Positions 28,110-40,126 of a stretch of DNA of 64,000 bases are shown in pieces. The notes below the pieces were generated by a model. It saw only the letters and a list, made by a program, of their open reading frames with translations, searched no databases and was not told the DNA's origin. The translations under genes were made by a program, and so were the position numbers. How positions within the stretch are numbered: position 1 is the stretch's first letter; each line of letters starts with the position of its first letter. The DNA comes from Octopus sinensis (taxonomy: Eukaryota). The stretch covers positions 47,988,001-48,052,000 of the forward strand of contig NC_043006.1 in assembly GCF_006345805.1 (NCBI RefSeq). Direction: 5' to 3'.

Positions 28110-28152
28110 GCTACAGACGCGTTTCAGGGTATTTGCCCTTTGTCAATGTAGC
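28110..28152 (-). ncRNA. Minimal type-I hammerhead ribozyme fold with U3-A8 core variant
   Basis: Minus strand: GCUACA-UUGACAA-AGGG(CAAAUA)CCCU-GAAA-CGCG-UC^UGUAGC. Stem I is 6 bp, stem II is 4 bp, stem III is palindromic ACGCGU, and the cleavage triplet is GUC. Confidence 0.72.
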
Positions 28153-28309
28153 GTAGTCGACCCAGCAGGTGTCGCCACTGATCGTCTCTGTTCGAAGGTT
28201 TTATTTACCTTTATTCTATTATTGAAAACAAGTGGATGTATTCCACCGAAACTAGGTAAATAAATCTTCGAACAGAGACGATCAGTGGCGACACTGCTGG
28301 GTCGACTAC

Positions 28310-28351
28310 GCTACATTGACAAAGGGCAAATACCTGAAACGCGTCTGTAGC
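28310..28351 (+). ncRNA. Second copy of the U3-A8 hammerhead fold (one C missing in stem II)
   Basis: gctaca-ttgacaa-aggg(caaata)cct-gaaa-cgcg-tc-tgtagc. Confidence 0.62.
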
Positions 28352-28591
28352 TGTCTGCTAGCAGTGTGAAGCGGCTGACCTCCCTTGTTCGAAGGTTATA
28401 ATGGACACAGTTTGTACGTCAAATAGCTATCTTAAGGCGATGGCCTCATGGAGCTAATCAGCGACAGCTTTTAGTCTTATATCTATAAGACTGCCATATT
28501 AATATGGCGATAACAATTAATTTCAGTAACGCTGCGTAATCTCTTTAGAGAGACTTAGTAATTTTAATATTCATATATAATATATATATAG

Positions 28592-28622
<31 letters not shown>

Positions 28623-28628
28623 CTATAT

Positions 28629-28816
28629 AACGGGAAAGTTTACGAAAATAAACAAAAGACGAAGGCAGGTGGAGTACAAACACACAAAGTATTAGTATAG
28701 CGCTCAGGAATAGAAATAGAAAATGTATTTTACGTTTTCGAGCCTACGCTCTTCGATTGAAAGATACACAATAAAAAACAAGGAGAGAAAAAAATGCGTG
28801 TAGGAGCTAACGATTT

Positions 28817-28820
<4 letters not shown>
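28629..28820 (-). mobile_element. Family H element between (TA)n tracts, core decayed
   Basis: gtattagtatagcgctcaggaat...tttcgagcctacgctcttcga...aggagagaaaaaaatgcgtgtaggagctaacga. Confidence 0.75.
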
Positions 28821-28860
<40 letters not shown>

Positions 28861-29076
28861 ATTATATATATATGTATATATATAATATATATATATATAT
28901 AACGCAAGTGAAACAACATGTATTTCTATATATATGTATCGAAAATGCATACATACATATATATACATTCATACATGAGCATGTCTAGATATGCAACTAT
29001 ATGCAGGAGAATACATACATAAAACAAAAGAAATCTGCACATACATACATACATACAATCATACATATATAGAAAC

Positions 29077-29190
29077 AAAAATAGCCTGTTGTTGATGTTG
29101 AAATTCCAATGAAGAAGCCTTGGATCTAGGTTAGAAACCGGCTCTTTCTCTATTGGCAAGAAATCTTGAAATAAAATTGAACAATGACAT
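29077..29190. repeat. Dispersed repeat segment, also at 47371-47481
   Basis: Shared gaaattccaat...agcctt(g/a)gatct(a/g)ggttagaaaccggctct...attggcaa.aaatcttgaaat. Confidence 0.75.
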
Positions 29191-29210
29191 ACATATATGC
29201 ACACACACAT

Positions 29211-29263
<53 letters not shown>

Positions 29264-29329
29264 GGAGTAGCTGTGTTGTAAGAAGCTTGCTGCCCAGCAA
29301 TTATATGGAGTGAAATGTAGGGCTTCTAA

Positions 29330-29506
29330 ATCTAATATTCTCCTATCCTTCCTTAATACCGGTTCCCATATGCTGCTCATATTTTCACTCAGTCTTCTTA
29401 GGAGGTTGTTGTGTCCTAGTATATGTTCTGCTTCTTTTCGTTTTCGTATTTTCCAGTGATGTTCTCTGTCTACTATTTTAACTTCATCCCACAGGGGAAG
29501 GTGGTT
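29330..29506 (-). mobile_element. Penelope-like element fragment: C-terminal part of the GIY-YIG endonuclease
   Basis: NHLPLWDEVKIVDREHHWKIRKRKEAEHILGHNNLL...WEPVL fits the recalled PLE pattern H...W..VKI.D.E..W..RK.KEA..I. Confidence 0.65.
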
Positions 29507-29572
29507 AAATGTAAATAATGTAAATAATGTAAATAATGTACATAATTCCTCATCTCTTAAATATAGAACTGT
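29507..29572 (+). repeat. Element 3'-tail sequence fused in inverted orientation to the GIY-YIG fragment
   Basis: aaatgtaaataatgt...acataattcctcatctcttaaatatagaactgt matches 31134-31190. Confidence 0.85.
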
Positions 29573-29849
29573 TTGAACATTGAATAGTTTTCCACCTACC
29601 TTTGTCATTTCCTCTTATGTCATTTGGAAATTTATATAAATGAAATTTCCATATGGCAACCATCCGATATTTGCTTCGCAACTTGACGTGTTTTCTATTC
29701 CGATTAAAATAAAATCCGCGCCATTATCATAGAAATCCGTCAAATCGCATAATTTTATTTTCTTATCACATAATGCATTAAAGACATCAACGAGAAACTG
29801 TGGAATTTGCAGACTGCTTAAATATCTGCAGACACAGAAGTCAAATATA

Positions 29850-30415
29850 TTGGGTTGTCCGGAAAGTTCGTGCCGATTTGTAGTAGCTTAAATTACGACT
29901 TATTTTAGAACATGGTTGAGTCCATAAAATAGGATTTGACTACACCTCCATTTAGAGCACAGTTTAAGCTATCTTTTCGTGAAAGAATATTTTTGTTCCT
30001 ATAACCTGTGTTAATTCTGCAACCCTTTAAATTGGAAGATAAGAAAGTTCCTTTTCGGCACTTGATGCTTTGGGAGCCAGACGAAAATTGCTGCAGCTCG
30101 GCTGGGATGTGTTACCCCACCCTCCATATTCACCAGATATTGCTCCTTCGGATTTCCCCTTATTCAGGTCTCTGCAGAATAGTCTTAATGGTAAAAATTT
30201 CAATTCCTTGGATGACGTAAATATATACCTTGATGAATTCTTTGTCATGAAACCACATCAATTCTGGGAAGAGAGCATTCTCAAGTTAAAGGAAAGATGG
30301 AGACGCATTGTGCAACAAAATGGTTCATATTTGGTTGATTAAAAATGTAATGGCAAGTATTTACTGACCTTTTTCTTTCCTTTAAAAATCGGTATGAAGT
30401 TTCCGGATAACCCAA
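29850..30415 (+). mobile_element. Internally deleted mariner (Tc1/mariner) element, 566 bp, 30-bp TIRs, TA target duplication
   Basis: Left TIR ttgggttgtccggaaagttcgtgccgattt (29850-29879) and right TIR (30386-30415) match 26/30; TA on both sides. Confidence 0.92.
30070..30342 (+). pseudogene. Mariner transposase C-terminal fragment
   Basis: LGWDVLPHPPYSPDIAPSDFPLF contains the YSPDLAPSD motif with the third catalytic Asp; ends ...RWRRIVQQNGSY. Confidence 0.92.
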
Positions 30416-30688
30416 TAATATCCGACTCTCTGCTAAATGGAAATGCACATTAGACAATTGGCATTCCGTCGGTTACGACGACGAGTGACCTAGTTGATCC
30501 GGTCAAGAAAACAGCATGCTCGTAGATTTAGTGTGCCCGTGGATAAGCACTCCAGAGATTTAACGTACCCTTAACGTAATTCTCAACAATATTCAGCATG
30601 GCGCAGGGTGTGTCAAGGCAGGCCTTTTGAAATACGGGTACTACTCATATTTGGCAGCTTAGTAGACTGGAGCAACGTAAGATATAGT

Positions 30689-31190
<502 letters not shown>

Positions 31191-31304
31191 ATAAAGGGAC
31201 TTGTTCCAGGACTCAACACGACGACAGATATTGAAGTCACGACTTTACAACCATGATTCGAAAATCCTAACCATCTTGCCGCGCGCCTTCACCGCACACT
31301 GGAT

Positions 31305-31698
31305 AATTTTTTCTACTCTAGGCACAATGCCCGAATTTTGGGGGAGGGGTCCAGTCCATTAGGTCGACCGCAGTACGCAAATAGTGCATCATTTATTGAA
31401 AGGATGAAAGGCAGAGTCTACTTCGGTGGAAATTGAAATCAGAACGTAAAAACAGGCGAAATACCTATTTCTTTACTACCCACAAGGGGCTAAACACAGA
31501 GAGGACAAACAAGGACAGACAAATGGATTAAGTTGATTATATCGACCCCAGTGCGTAACTAGTAATTATTTAATCGACTCCGAAAGGTTGAAAGGCAAAG
31601 TCGACCTCGGCGGAATTGGAACTCAGAACGTAACGTCAGACGAAATACCGCTAAGCATTTCGCTCGACACGCTAACGCTTCTACCAGCTCGCCGCCTT
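31305..31698 (-). mobile_element. SINE family B, two bodies, with 14-bp target-site duplication
   Basis: TSD accgcacact(g/a)gat at 31291-31304 and 31699-31712; head ...ccagctcgccgcc. Confidence 0.9.
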
Positions 31699-32570
31699 AC
31701 CGCACACTAGATGATGTAATACCAGATGTACGATGATTACGGTTGAAACAGCTTTCCCTATAATTCGACTTTCTCATGGAATGTCATGATGTATACTTAC
31801 GCAGCGATAACTATAAGCAAGAATGTTTCTAGTATTCATAAAATCCTTTGAATAACTTAAAAACATGTGTGTGTGTGTGTGCGCGCATGATGCTGTGGGT
31901 ATGTTATAAAGTGTAAATACAGAGAATCGTGCGGCTATCATAGAAAGATCCTCTAACGAACTAGGCAAATAATCCAGAATGTAATCAATTACAAAGAAGG
32001 GTGATATAGGGTGTGCATATAACTGGAGATGGTTGCATCCATTTGTCAATAAAAATTGTATTGTATATCCGTAAATTATTTAACAGAAATCATTCGTACA
32101 TTTTTGCATTAATATTTATGCTTTAGCATATATATCAATGCACACATGAAACCTAATCTCTTCCATACTGAAAACAATACTACATGAATGCTGCGAAACG
32201 GCTGTAGCACTATGATCGCTTGGTCTGGCTCACGGCACTCCTATACATCCGGATTATTTGCTGTCCTGGTAATGACAATGTTTTAGCAATTTCCGCTATT
32301 ATCAAAAGTCAATGTTCAGTTTGGGAAAATCTTTGATTCTTTCATTGACGTGTGTGTCTTGTTATATTGAATACTCCATGTCTTATTCTACGATCTATTG
32401 TTTTGTGCGGCTATTTCTACACTCTAGTCATTGATTTGTAAATATATCTAATTTTGACTTTAGCTAGTTCCCTGTTTCCAGTGATAATATGATGTCACCA
32501 TATCGAATGCAAAGCTGCTTGTATACAATGCGATGGTACATCGGAAATTATATAACAATACCTAATATTC

Positions 32571-33086
32571 TTTTCTACTCTAGGCACAAGGCCCGAAATT
32601 TTGGGGGAGGGTGGTCAATCGATTAGATCGACCTAAGTATGCAACTAGTACTTTGTTTATCGACCTCGAAAAGTTGAAAGGCAAAGCCGACCTCGGTGGA
32701 ATTTGAAATGCTTAGCAGTATTTCGTCTGACGTTACGTTCTGAGTTCCAATTCCGCTGAGGTTGACTTTGCCTTTCACCCTTTCGGGGTCGATAAATAAA
32801 GTACCAGTTACGCACTGGGGTCGATGTAATCGACTGAATCCCTTTGTCTGTCCTTGTTTGTCCTCTCTGTGTTTAGCCTCTTGTGGGTAGTAAAGAAATA
32901 CGTATTTTGTCTGCCCCTATGTTCTGAGTTCAAATTCCGCTGAGGTCGACTTTGCCTTTCATCCTTTCGGAGTCGGTTAAATAAGTCCCAGTTACGCACT
33001 GGGGTCGATGTAATTGACTTAATCTCTTTGTCCGGCTTCTTTGCCCCCTCTGCGTTTAGCTCCCAGTGGGTAATAAAGAAAGAAAT
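32571..33086. mobile_element. SINE family B: minus-strand fragment (32571-32707) fused to plus-strand tandem bodies (32708-33086)
   Basis: gaaaggcaaagccgacctcggtggaatttga is followed by ttagcagtatttcg...gactttgcctttca, the latter twice. Confidence 0.85.
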
Positions 33087-33242
33087 ATACTGCTACCGTG
33101 GAATCTCATAAAACTCACAATATTCTGCTAAATAACTCAGTAAATCTCAGAATCAGGCAAACAACTGGAACATAAGGAGAATCCTACATTCATTTTCACT
33201 ATTCCCACAAAATTAACTACAACTTGATTCTTCAATATTCAG

Positions 33243-33452
33243 TGAGTTGGAGGACTCATTAGCACATCAGACAAAATGATTAGGGGCATTTCGTCCGTCT
33301 TTACGTTCTGTTTCCATATTCTACCAAAGTGTACTTTGCGTGTCATCCTTTCGGCGTCGAAGAAATAAGTACCAGTTGATCACTGGTGTCGCTGTAATCG
33401 ATTTACACCCTGCACCGAAATAGCTGGCCTTGTACCAAAAATTGAAACCAAT
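33243..33452 (+). mobile_element. SINE family B, decayed
   Basis: catttcgtccgtctttacgttctg...tcatcctttcggcgtcga...ggccttgtaccaaaa. Confidence 0.65.
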
Positions 33453-34879
33453 ATTCCGAGTAATTTATAAAATTCTTTGACATTATGTCTAGTCATGCGA
33501 CTAAAATAGTCTACCACGTCGGAGTTGTTCTACCTTGTAGTAAATATAACATACTTATTAAAAATCTATTGTAATTTATCACAAGAATGTTATTTTTATG
33601 TTGTCTGGTTGTAATATTTATTGTTCAAAGGGAAATGGATAAATTGCAGTAAATTGTTATGGGTTCACATTATCTCGGATGGACGTCTTTTACTTTCATT
33701 TTTCTGAAATTCGGCAAAATATACAACGCTTAATTAGTTGTGGGTGAATTGATCGATTACTACTCTTTCATCTAGATTTATAGACTTGTGCCAATGTTAA
33801 AAAAAATAACACTATTCATTTTTGAAGAGAATCTTGTCCTATGGTACTTTTGTATTGTTTTTTTTTTCCCCGTTGTTTTCTTTTTGTTTTTGTTTTCAAC
33901 TATGTAAGTCAGTACTATATAGAAACATTAAACTTATATTTTTCCATAGCACAGATGTTTCTATGTCGATTACTTAATTCCTTGCCATAGATATTTATTG
34001 TTCCTCTTTCGAAAGTCTCTCAAAATGCTTTGAACTCAGAACCTAAAACTCAGAGCTTTTCTAATTCAGTTAAACAGACATTGCTTTGTATAATGTAGCA
34101 TTGAATACATTAACCTACTTAAGATACAATTTTCGATGCGATCGATATAAACGTATAAGCGAATGACTTTGATTCTAGGTTTACATTTAATGTCTTTAGT
34201 ATAACTGTGTGTAATCTCTCCACGTACTTCCTCTTTCAATAGCAGGGAAGACATTGTCAAGAAGCCAATTAAAGTTCTTTCTTCTTAAAGCTATCACCAT
34301 CCTTGATAATAACGATAGAAGCTTAGAAAAAAAAAGGCAAAACAAAAAGAAGGAAATGGCAATCAATAGCATTTATCTTTTCACCTTTTCTTTCGATATT
34401 TTATTATTTACATCAACAATATGTTCAAACTGATTGCTCATCACAAATAGTTTTGTGTCTCCTGTAGCTATATTTGAACTTCAAGAATCTGTCTGACTTG
34501 ACATTCTTAACGCTGAAATTAACCACGAAGATTAAAAGTGAGTAGACGTTTGGCGACAGTAAAAATCACTCCGCAACATGATAAATTAAATGAAGTGTTT
34601 ACAAATCCTGATTTATTGCGAAATGTACAATTTGCACATTTATTACAAAATGTACAGCTCTGTCCGTTAATGTCATTAAACTTGTGTATATATTTATATT
34701 ATATTACAGTGAAGGTTTCCTTTAACTTTAAGTTTCTTCGTGAAATCAGTCTCAGGAAGTTTTCTCAGTTGAATTGCATTGTTATATATCTGCAACTTAT
34801 TGGCGTATTAAGTGATCGAATATACCTCGTTCTTATTGTGGATAACTAAAACATTCTAATGGCAAATATATCTGCATTT

Positions 34880-35014
34880 GTAAGGCGGTGAGTTGGCAGA
34901 ATCTTTAGCACGCCGGACGAAATGCTACTAAGCGTTTCGTCCGTCTTTATCTCCTGAGTTCAAATTCCGTTGTGGTCGATTTTATAAAGAAATAAATGTA
35001 AAATATAAAGAAAT
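34880..35014 (+). mobile_element. Internally deleted SINE family B with perfect 16-bp TSD
   Basis: aaatatatctgcattt at 34864-34879 and 35015-35030; head aaggcggtgagttggcagaatc. Confidence 0.85.
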
Positions 35015-35460
35015 AAATATATCTGCATTTATACAGACAGTTACAATCCTCAATTACATACCTACATGTACTCCGAGAAAAATTACAAATTTACTAAGAC
35101 ACAGATATCTCCGAATACACGTCTCCAAATATAAGTGTTTGTATGAGGGAGTGAGTGAGAGGTGAAGTGTATAAGTATATGGACTACCCATGCTTATAAG
35201 GAAAAATCTGAAGGGACTAAGGAATAGCCCTTAAGTATCTGTGGTGTGTTTACTGTAACAAGGAAAATAAAAGAATTGTTATGATTGTTGAATTCTCAAA
35301 ATATCGCATATATGGTTCCGGAAGCAGATATATTCATTCTGCATTGTAAAATTCTCTCGCTGCTGTGCGTTTGCATGCATGTATGTACGTATGGATCCTT
35401 GCATATAGCCATTCATGTATGTATATCGCGCATGTACGTTTATATATACTATTCGCCATG

Positions 35461-35645
35461 ATAGATCGCTAGCCACTACACACATTTTTTCTCTACTTGT
35501 TTCTTCCTGTGTTCCTTTTGTGGAAGAGCGTATGATCGAAACATTAAATACTTTTTTCAATTCCCGAGCGTTATACTAATACATCTATTTGTTTTCTACA
35601 CCATCTCATCTGTCTTCGTCTCTTGTTCTTTTGTGAATTCTCCCT
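35461..35645 (+). mobile_element. Family H element, plus strand, core decayed
   Basis: gaagagcgtatgatcgaaac...gagcgttatactaatacatct is the reverse complement of the family H pattern. Confidence 0.65.
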
Positions 35646-36309
35646 ATATATGTATTATACCTGTAAATATTAATCTGTGTGTATATACGTAAGCATAAAG
35701 TAGAGGACAAATGTTCAAATATTCAAAATATTAAAACCTGAAACAGAGGGTGCATTTAATGGACCCATAGAGAGCAGTCTGCCACTAATGTAGGTATCTG
35801 TAGAGCTGAAACAGCATCCATCATATCACCGTTAAAGCTAATGCATACTTCGAAGAAAATTCTGTTATTATAAATAACCAAGGTTCTTCGAGAAGTAGAA
35901 TTAACAAGCAAACAGTCCTCAACTCATACAATTGCAATTTATACAAGAGCATACGACACGATTAACTATAAACACATAAAGGCAAACCCTGAACCATATA
36001 TTTTATTAAAAATATGCTTAACGGAACAGTTAAGGCAGCAACCGCAATTTAAAAAGCAACTAGATATAAGAAAATATCCGTTCACTCTAATGATTGATAG
36101 AAATAAGAGGCTAATTATATTTATAAAACTAGCTACTGCCATATTAAGTGTAAAATAATTTGACTGATGTAGACAACGCTAGACTGTATTCAGAAACGAT
36201 GTGATGCTTTTAGATATAATCATTTTTCAATAAGAAGTATGCAGATACATATACACACACAAAATACATACATATATTTGCATATTTATACTCATATAAA
36301 AATATATCA

Positions 36310-36577
36310 CCATGATCATCGTGACCGCCCAGGCTATCAGATGTTGCTACACATCGCTGGTCACAATGCGCTTCGCAATGTTTTAGACTTCAAATGACGC
36401 CAACCCGCAGGCTAAGCGAGCAGGCCAACAGAAGAAAGAGTGAGAGAAAGTTGTGGCGAAAGAGTACAGCAGCGATCGCCACCCCTCACCCCCTGCCGGA
36501 GTCTCGTGGAGCTTTAGATGTTTTCGCTCAATAAACACTCACAACGCTACCTTAACCACTGGGCCATTGCGCCTCCA
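36310..36577 (-). mobile_element. SINE family C
   Basis: ctcgtggagctttagatgttttcgctcaataaacac...taaccactgggccattgcgcctcca. Confidence 0.85.
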
Positions 36578-37266
36578 CATAAAAAAATATATATTCATAT
36601 ATAATGTATACATAGCAGTAGGTTTGTGGTGGGTGTGTCTGCGGTGTATTTTTGAGGAGGGTACTGATATGAAATACAGAACAGGCCCTGACTCACGAAA
36701 TTATTAGCAGAAATTATATCTCCTTCGGCAGGATGAAACGAAAAGGTCATCCCGTAGGAATTTGAAGTCTAAGAGACGAGGCGCTAAATTATACATGATG
36801 AAGACATCATCTATGCATACCCACTTCCCCTCCATCACAAACTTCATCTTCCCAAACTCCAGGCATCTAGCAGATTCACATGTTCGGCATGTTTCAAATC
36901 AACATTTCGTATATTTTCTTTATAAGAAATATGTATGTAGACAGGTACGTATGTCGCTGTCTATCTACAGATTTATCCACGTGGCGATCTGTTTATCATT
37001 TTTTCTTATTTCTCTGTTTCTCTATCTCTCTCCCTCTCTCCCACACTTCCACTCGTTTTCTCTACCCACCCTCTTTTCCATTACATGCATAGATGCACAC
37101 ACACACACACATATATATATACATATGTATGTATATATATATATTTATATATACACATATATATATACATATATATATATGTATATACAGTATAGACATA
37201 AACATATATATACATGTACATATGTATATACAAACATATATATACACATGTACATGTATACTGTAT

Positions 37267-37397
<131 letters not shown>

Positions 37398-38507
37398 TGC
37401 AGGTTTACGTATAGAAACATTCACATATACATGTAAATGTATATGCATATATCCATGAATATATCCATGAATATTTGTATATCTATAACTTTAAAAAGCA
37501 TATGTGAGCGTGTGTGTTTGTGTACATAAGCACATATTAATGCATATGCATACACACACAGATACGCACTCCAACACACGAGTATCCACACTCACAAACA
37601 CATATATATGCATATACAATGATAACAATTGAACGCTTAAAACTTTTACAGCTCACTTGGTGAGGAGAGTAATTTTTGGACACTCGGCGGGACGTAAAAT
37701 AAGACCCGCCAATAGGCGGAAGAACTACTGTGTAGTCAACGGCCATTTCAACAAGTATCTTGTCTTTGGGGAAGTGTCTGTGTGGTTCATTGACCTGGAG
37801 AGCTATGCTGGAGGGAGAGAAATCTTCGGGCAGGTCTTACCAGGCAGACGGGTCGAAGGATAGGAGACAGACACAACCTTAACGACAATAAATCGAAGCG
37901 TCGGAAGCAGGGTGTGGATTTATTTATCGGCAGGACCTAACAGATCAGATTCCTGGCTTTGAATTAGCAGAGGATCTTGAATACAAGGGATGAAACCCTA
38001 ATATTCCTAATCGAACGAAGCTGGATTTTTTTCTATATGCATTGAAGTGGAAATATTTTGGGCAATTAAGTTTGTAGAGGGAGATAGCTTGAAGGATGTA
38101 CAATGAACGAGATTACCTTTTGTAAGTGAAAATGCGTTTGTGCGTTTGTGTGCGTATGAGTGTTTGTATGTGTCACGTGTGCGTCATTTTGTACGTGCAT
38201 ATATAAGAATAATCCATTAATGAATTCAAGAATGTTTTTCAGTTGGAAAAAGAACACAAAAGCTTGCACTCGCAACTGTTACTAATCACGAAAGAACGGG
38301 ATATAATTTCAAGCAATGAAGTAGGAATTTCACAAAGAAGTGGTTTTCCTTTCGTACGGAAACTTTGATTTTCGATAACACGTGAAATTCAGTGACATAT
38401 TCCAATATTTTTACACCTTAGCAGTTAAACATACCTAATTTTCTCAAATTGAGCTTCGAAAGTTATATACCATATATCTCAGATATATATAGAGAGAGAT
38501 TGAGAGG

Positions 38508-38601
<94 letters not shown>

Positions 38602-38602
38602 C

Positions 38603-38720
<118 letters not shown>

Positions 38721-39475
38721 GTGTGTGTGCGTGTGCGTATGTATGCGTGAGTATGTGTATGAACCAAGATATTGTATATCTTATAAGGTATAACATTGTT
38801 TCGAACAGTATGTTTCGTATTGACTAACAATACGTGTTAGATCAGAAAAGAGGCATATTGATAAAATAGCGGAGGCGTGAGAGATTCAGAGAGATAGACA
38901 GACAGAAAGAGAGAAAGAGAGGAGGAATAAAGAGAATAAGGGAGAGAGAGATGAATAGATTTAGTCGTTGACAAAGTTGGAAGGAGTGAGAGGAATTTCA
39001 TTGAATGCAATTTCAATCAATTCCGTCCTTTATTCAGATATCTCTGGCGTAACCTCTTAATGTAACCCAATACATTGACCTTTCTTGATTTCAACCATAA
39101 GTTGTACAATTATTTAATTAGGCAAACCTATGAGACAAGGCAATGTATGACAAGGTCCTTAACCAAGACGAAGCGATGTCTTTGATGTGCCACAAACATC
39201 TGAAGAAGGCAAACGGGATTAATTATTTCTATGTTTTCGCATTCGATATGATTCCACTCCAAATCGAAACAAATATTTGATATTTTTCCCTTTCTTCTTT
39301 ACTTCGATTGACGGATCAATAATCGGCGTTCGTTTTCTTCAATGTCGTTGACCGACAAAGTCAATGATTGCTTCAAATGGGTTTATCTACGACTTAGAAG
39401 GTAAAAAAAAATTATTGAGGAATACCTTACACACACTTCTAGGCAATATATATAAATCATCTATATATATATATA

Positions 39476-39731
39476 CTCTTTTACTCTTTTACTCTTTTAC
39501 TTGTTTCAGTCATTTGACTGCGGCCATGCTGGAGCACCGCCTTTAATCGAGCAACTCGACCCCGGGACTTATTCTTTTGTAAGCCCGGTACTTATTCTAT
39601 CGGTTTCTTTTTGCCGAACCGCTAAGTAACAGGGACATAAAGACACCAGCATCGGTTGTCAAACAATGCTAGGGAGACACACACAGACACACAAACACAC
39701 ACACGCATATATATTATATATATATATATAT

Positions 39732-39779
<48 letters not shown>

Positions 39780-39960
39780 TATAAATTACATATATACGAC
39801 GGGCTTCTTTCAGTTTCCGTCTACCAAATCCACTCACAAGGTTTTGGTCGGCCCGAGGCTATAGTAAAAGACACTTGCCCAAAGTGCCACGCAGTGGGAC
39901 TGAACCCGGAACCATGTGGTTGGTAAACAAGCTACTTACCACACAGCACTCCTGCGCCTA
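39476..39960 (-). mobile_element. SINE family A, full length, within (TA)n
   Basis: Both halves plus internal (CA)/(TA)n; head ...cacacagcactcctgcgccta. Confidence 0.92.
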
Positions 39961-39986
39961 TATATATATATATATTATATATATAT

Positions 39987-40126
<140 letters not shown>

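Larger units (their letters stand above)
27947..28519. mobile_element. Foldback element: about 265-bp inverted arms (27947-28210 and 28254-28519) with a 43-bp spacer
   Basis: Manual alignment gives about 15 differences, mostly single-base indels (roughly 94%). Ends are taattgttatcgccatattaat and attaatatggcgataacaatta. Confidence 0.92.

Noticed and set aside
37830-37900. Minus-strand LSPILRPVCL as a trypsin-like protease exon
   Set aside because: Motif spacing is wrong, there are stops nearby, and no catalytic His/Asp/Ser motifs were found.
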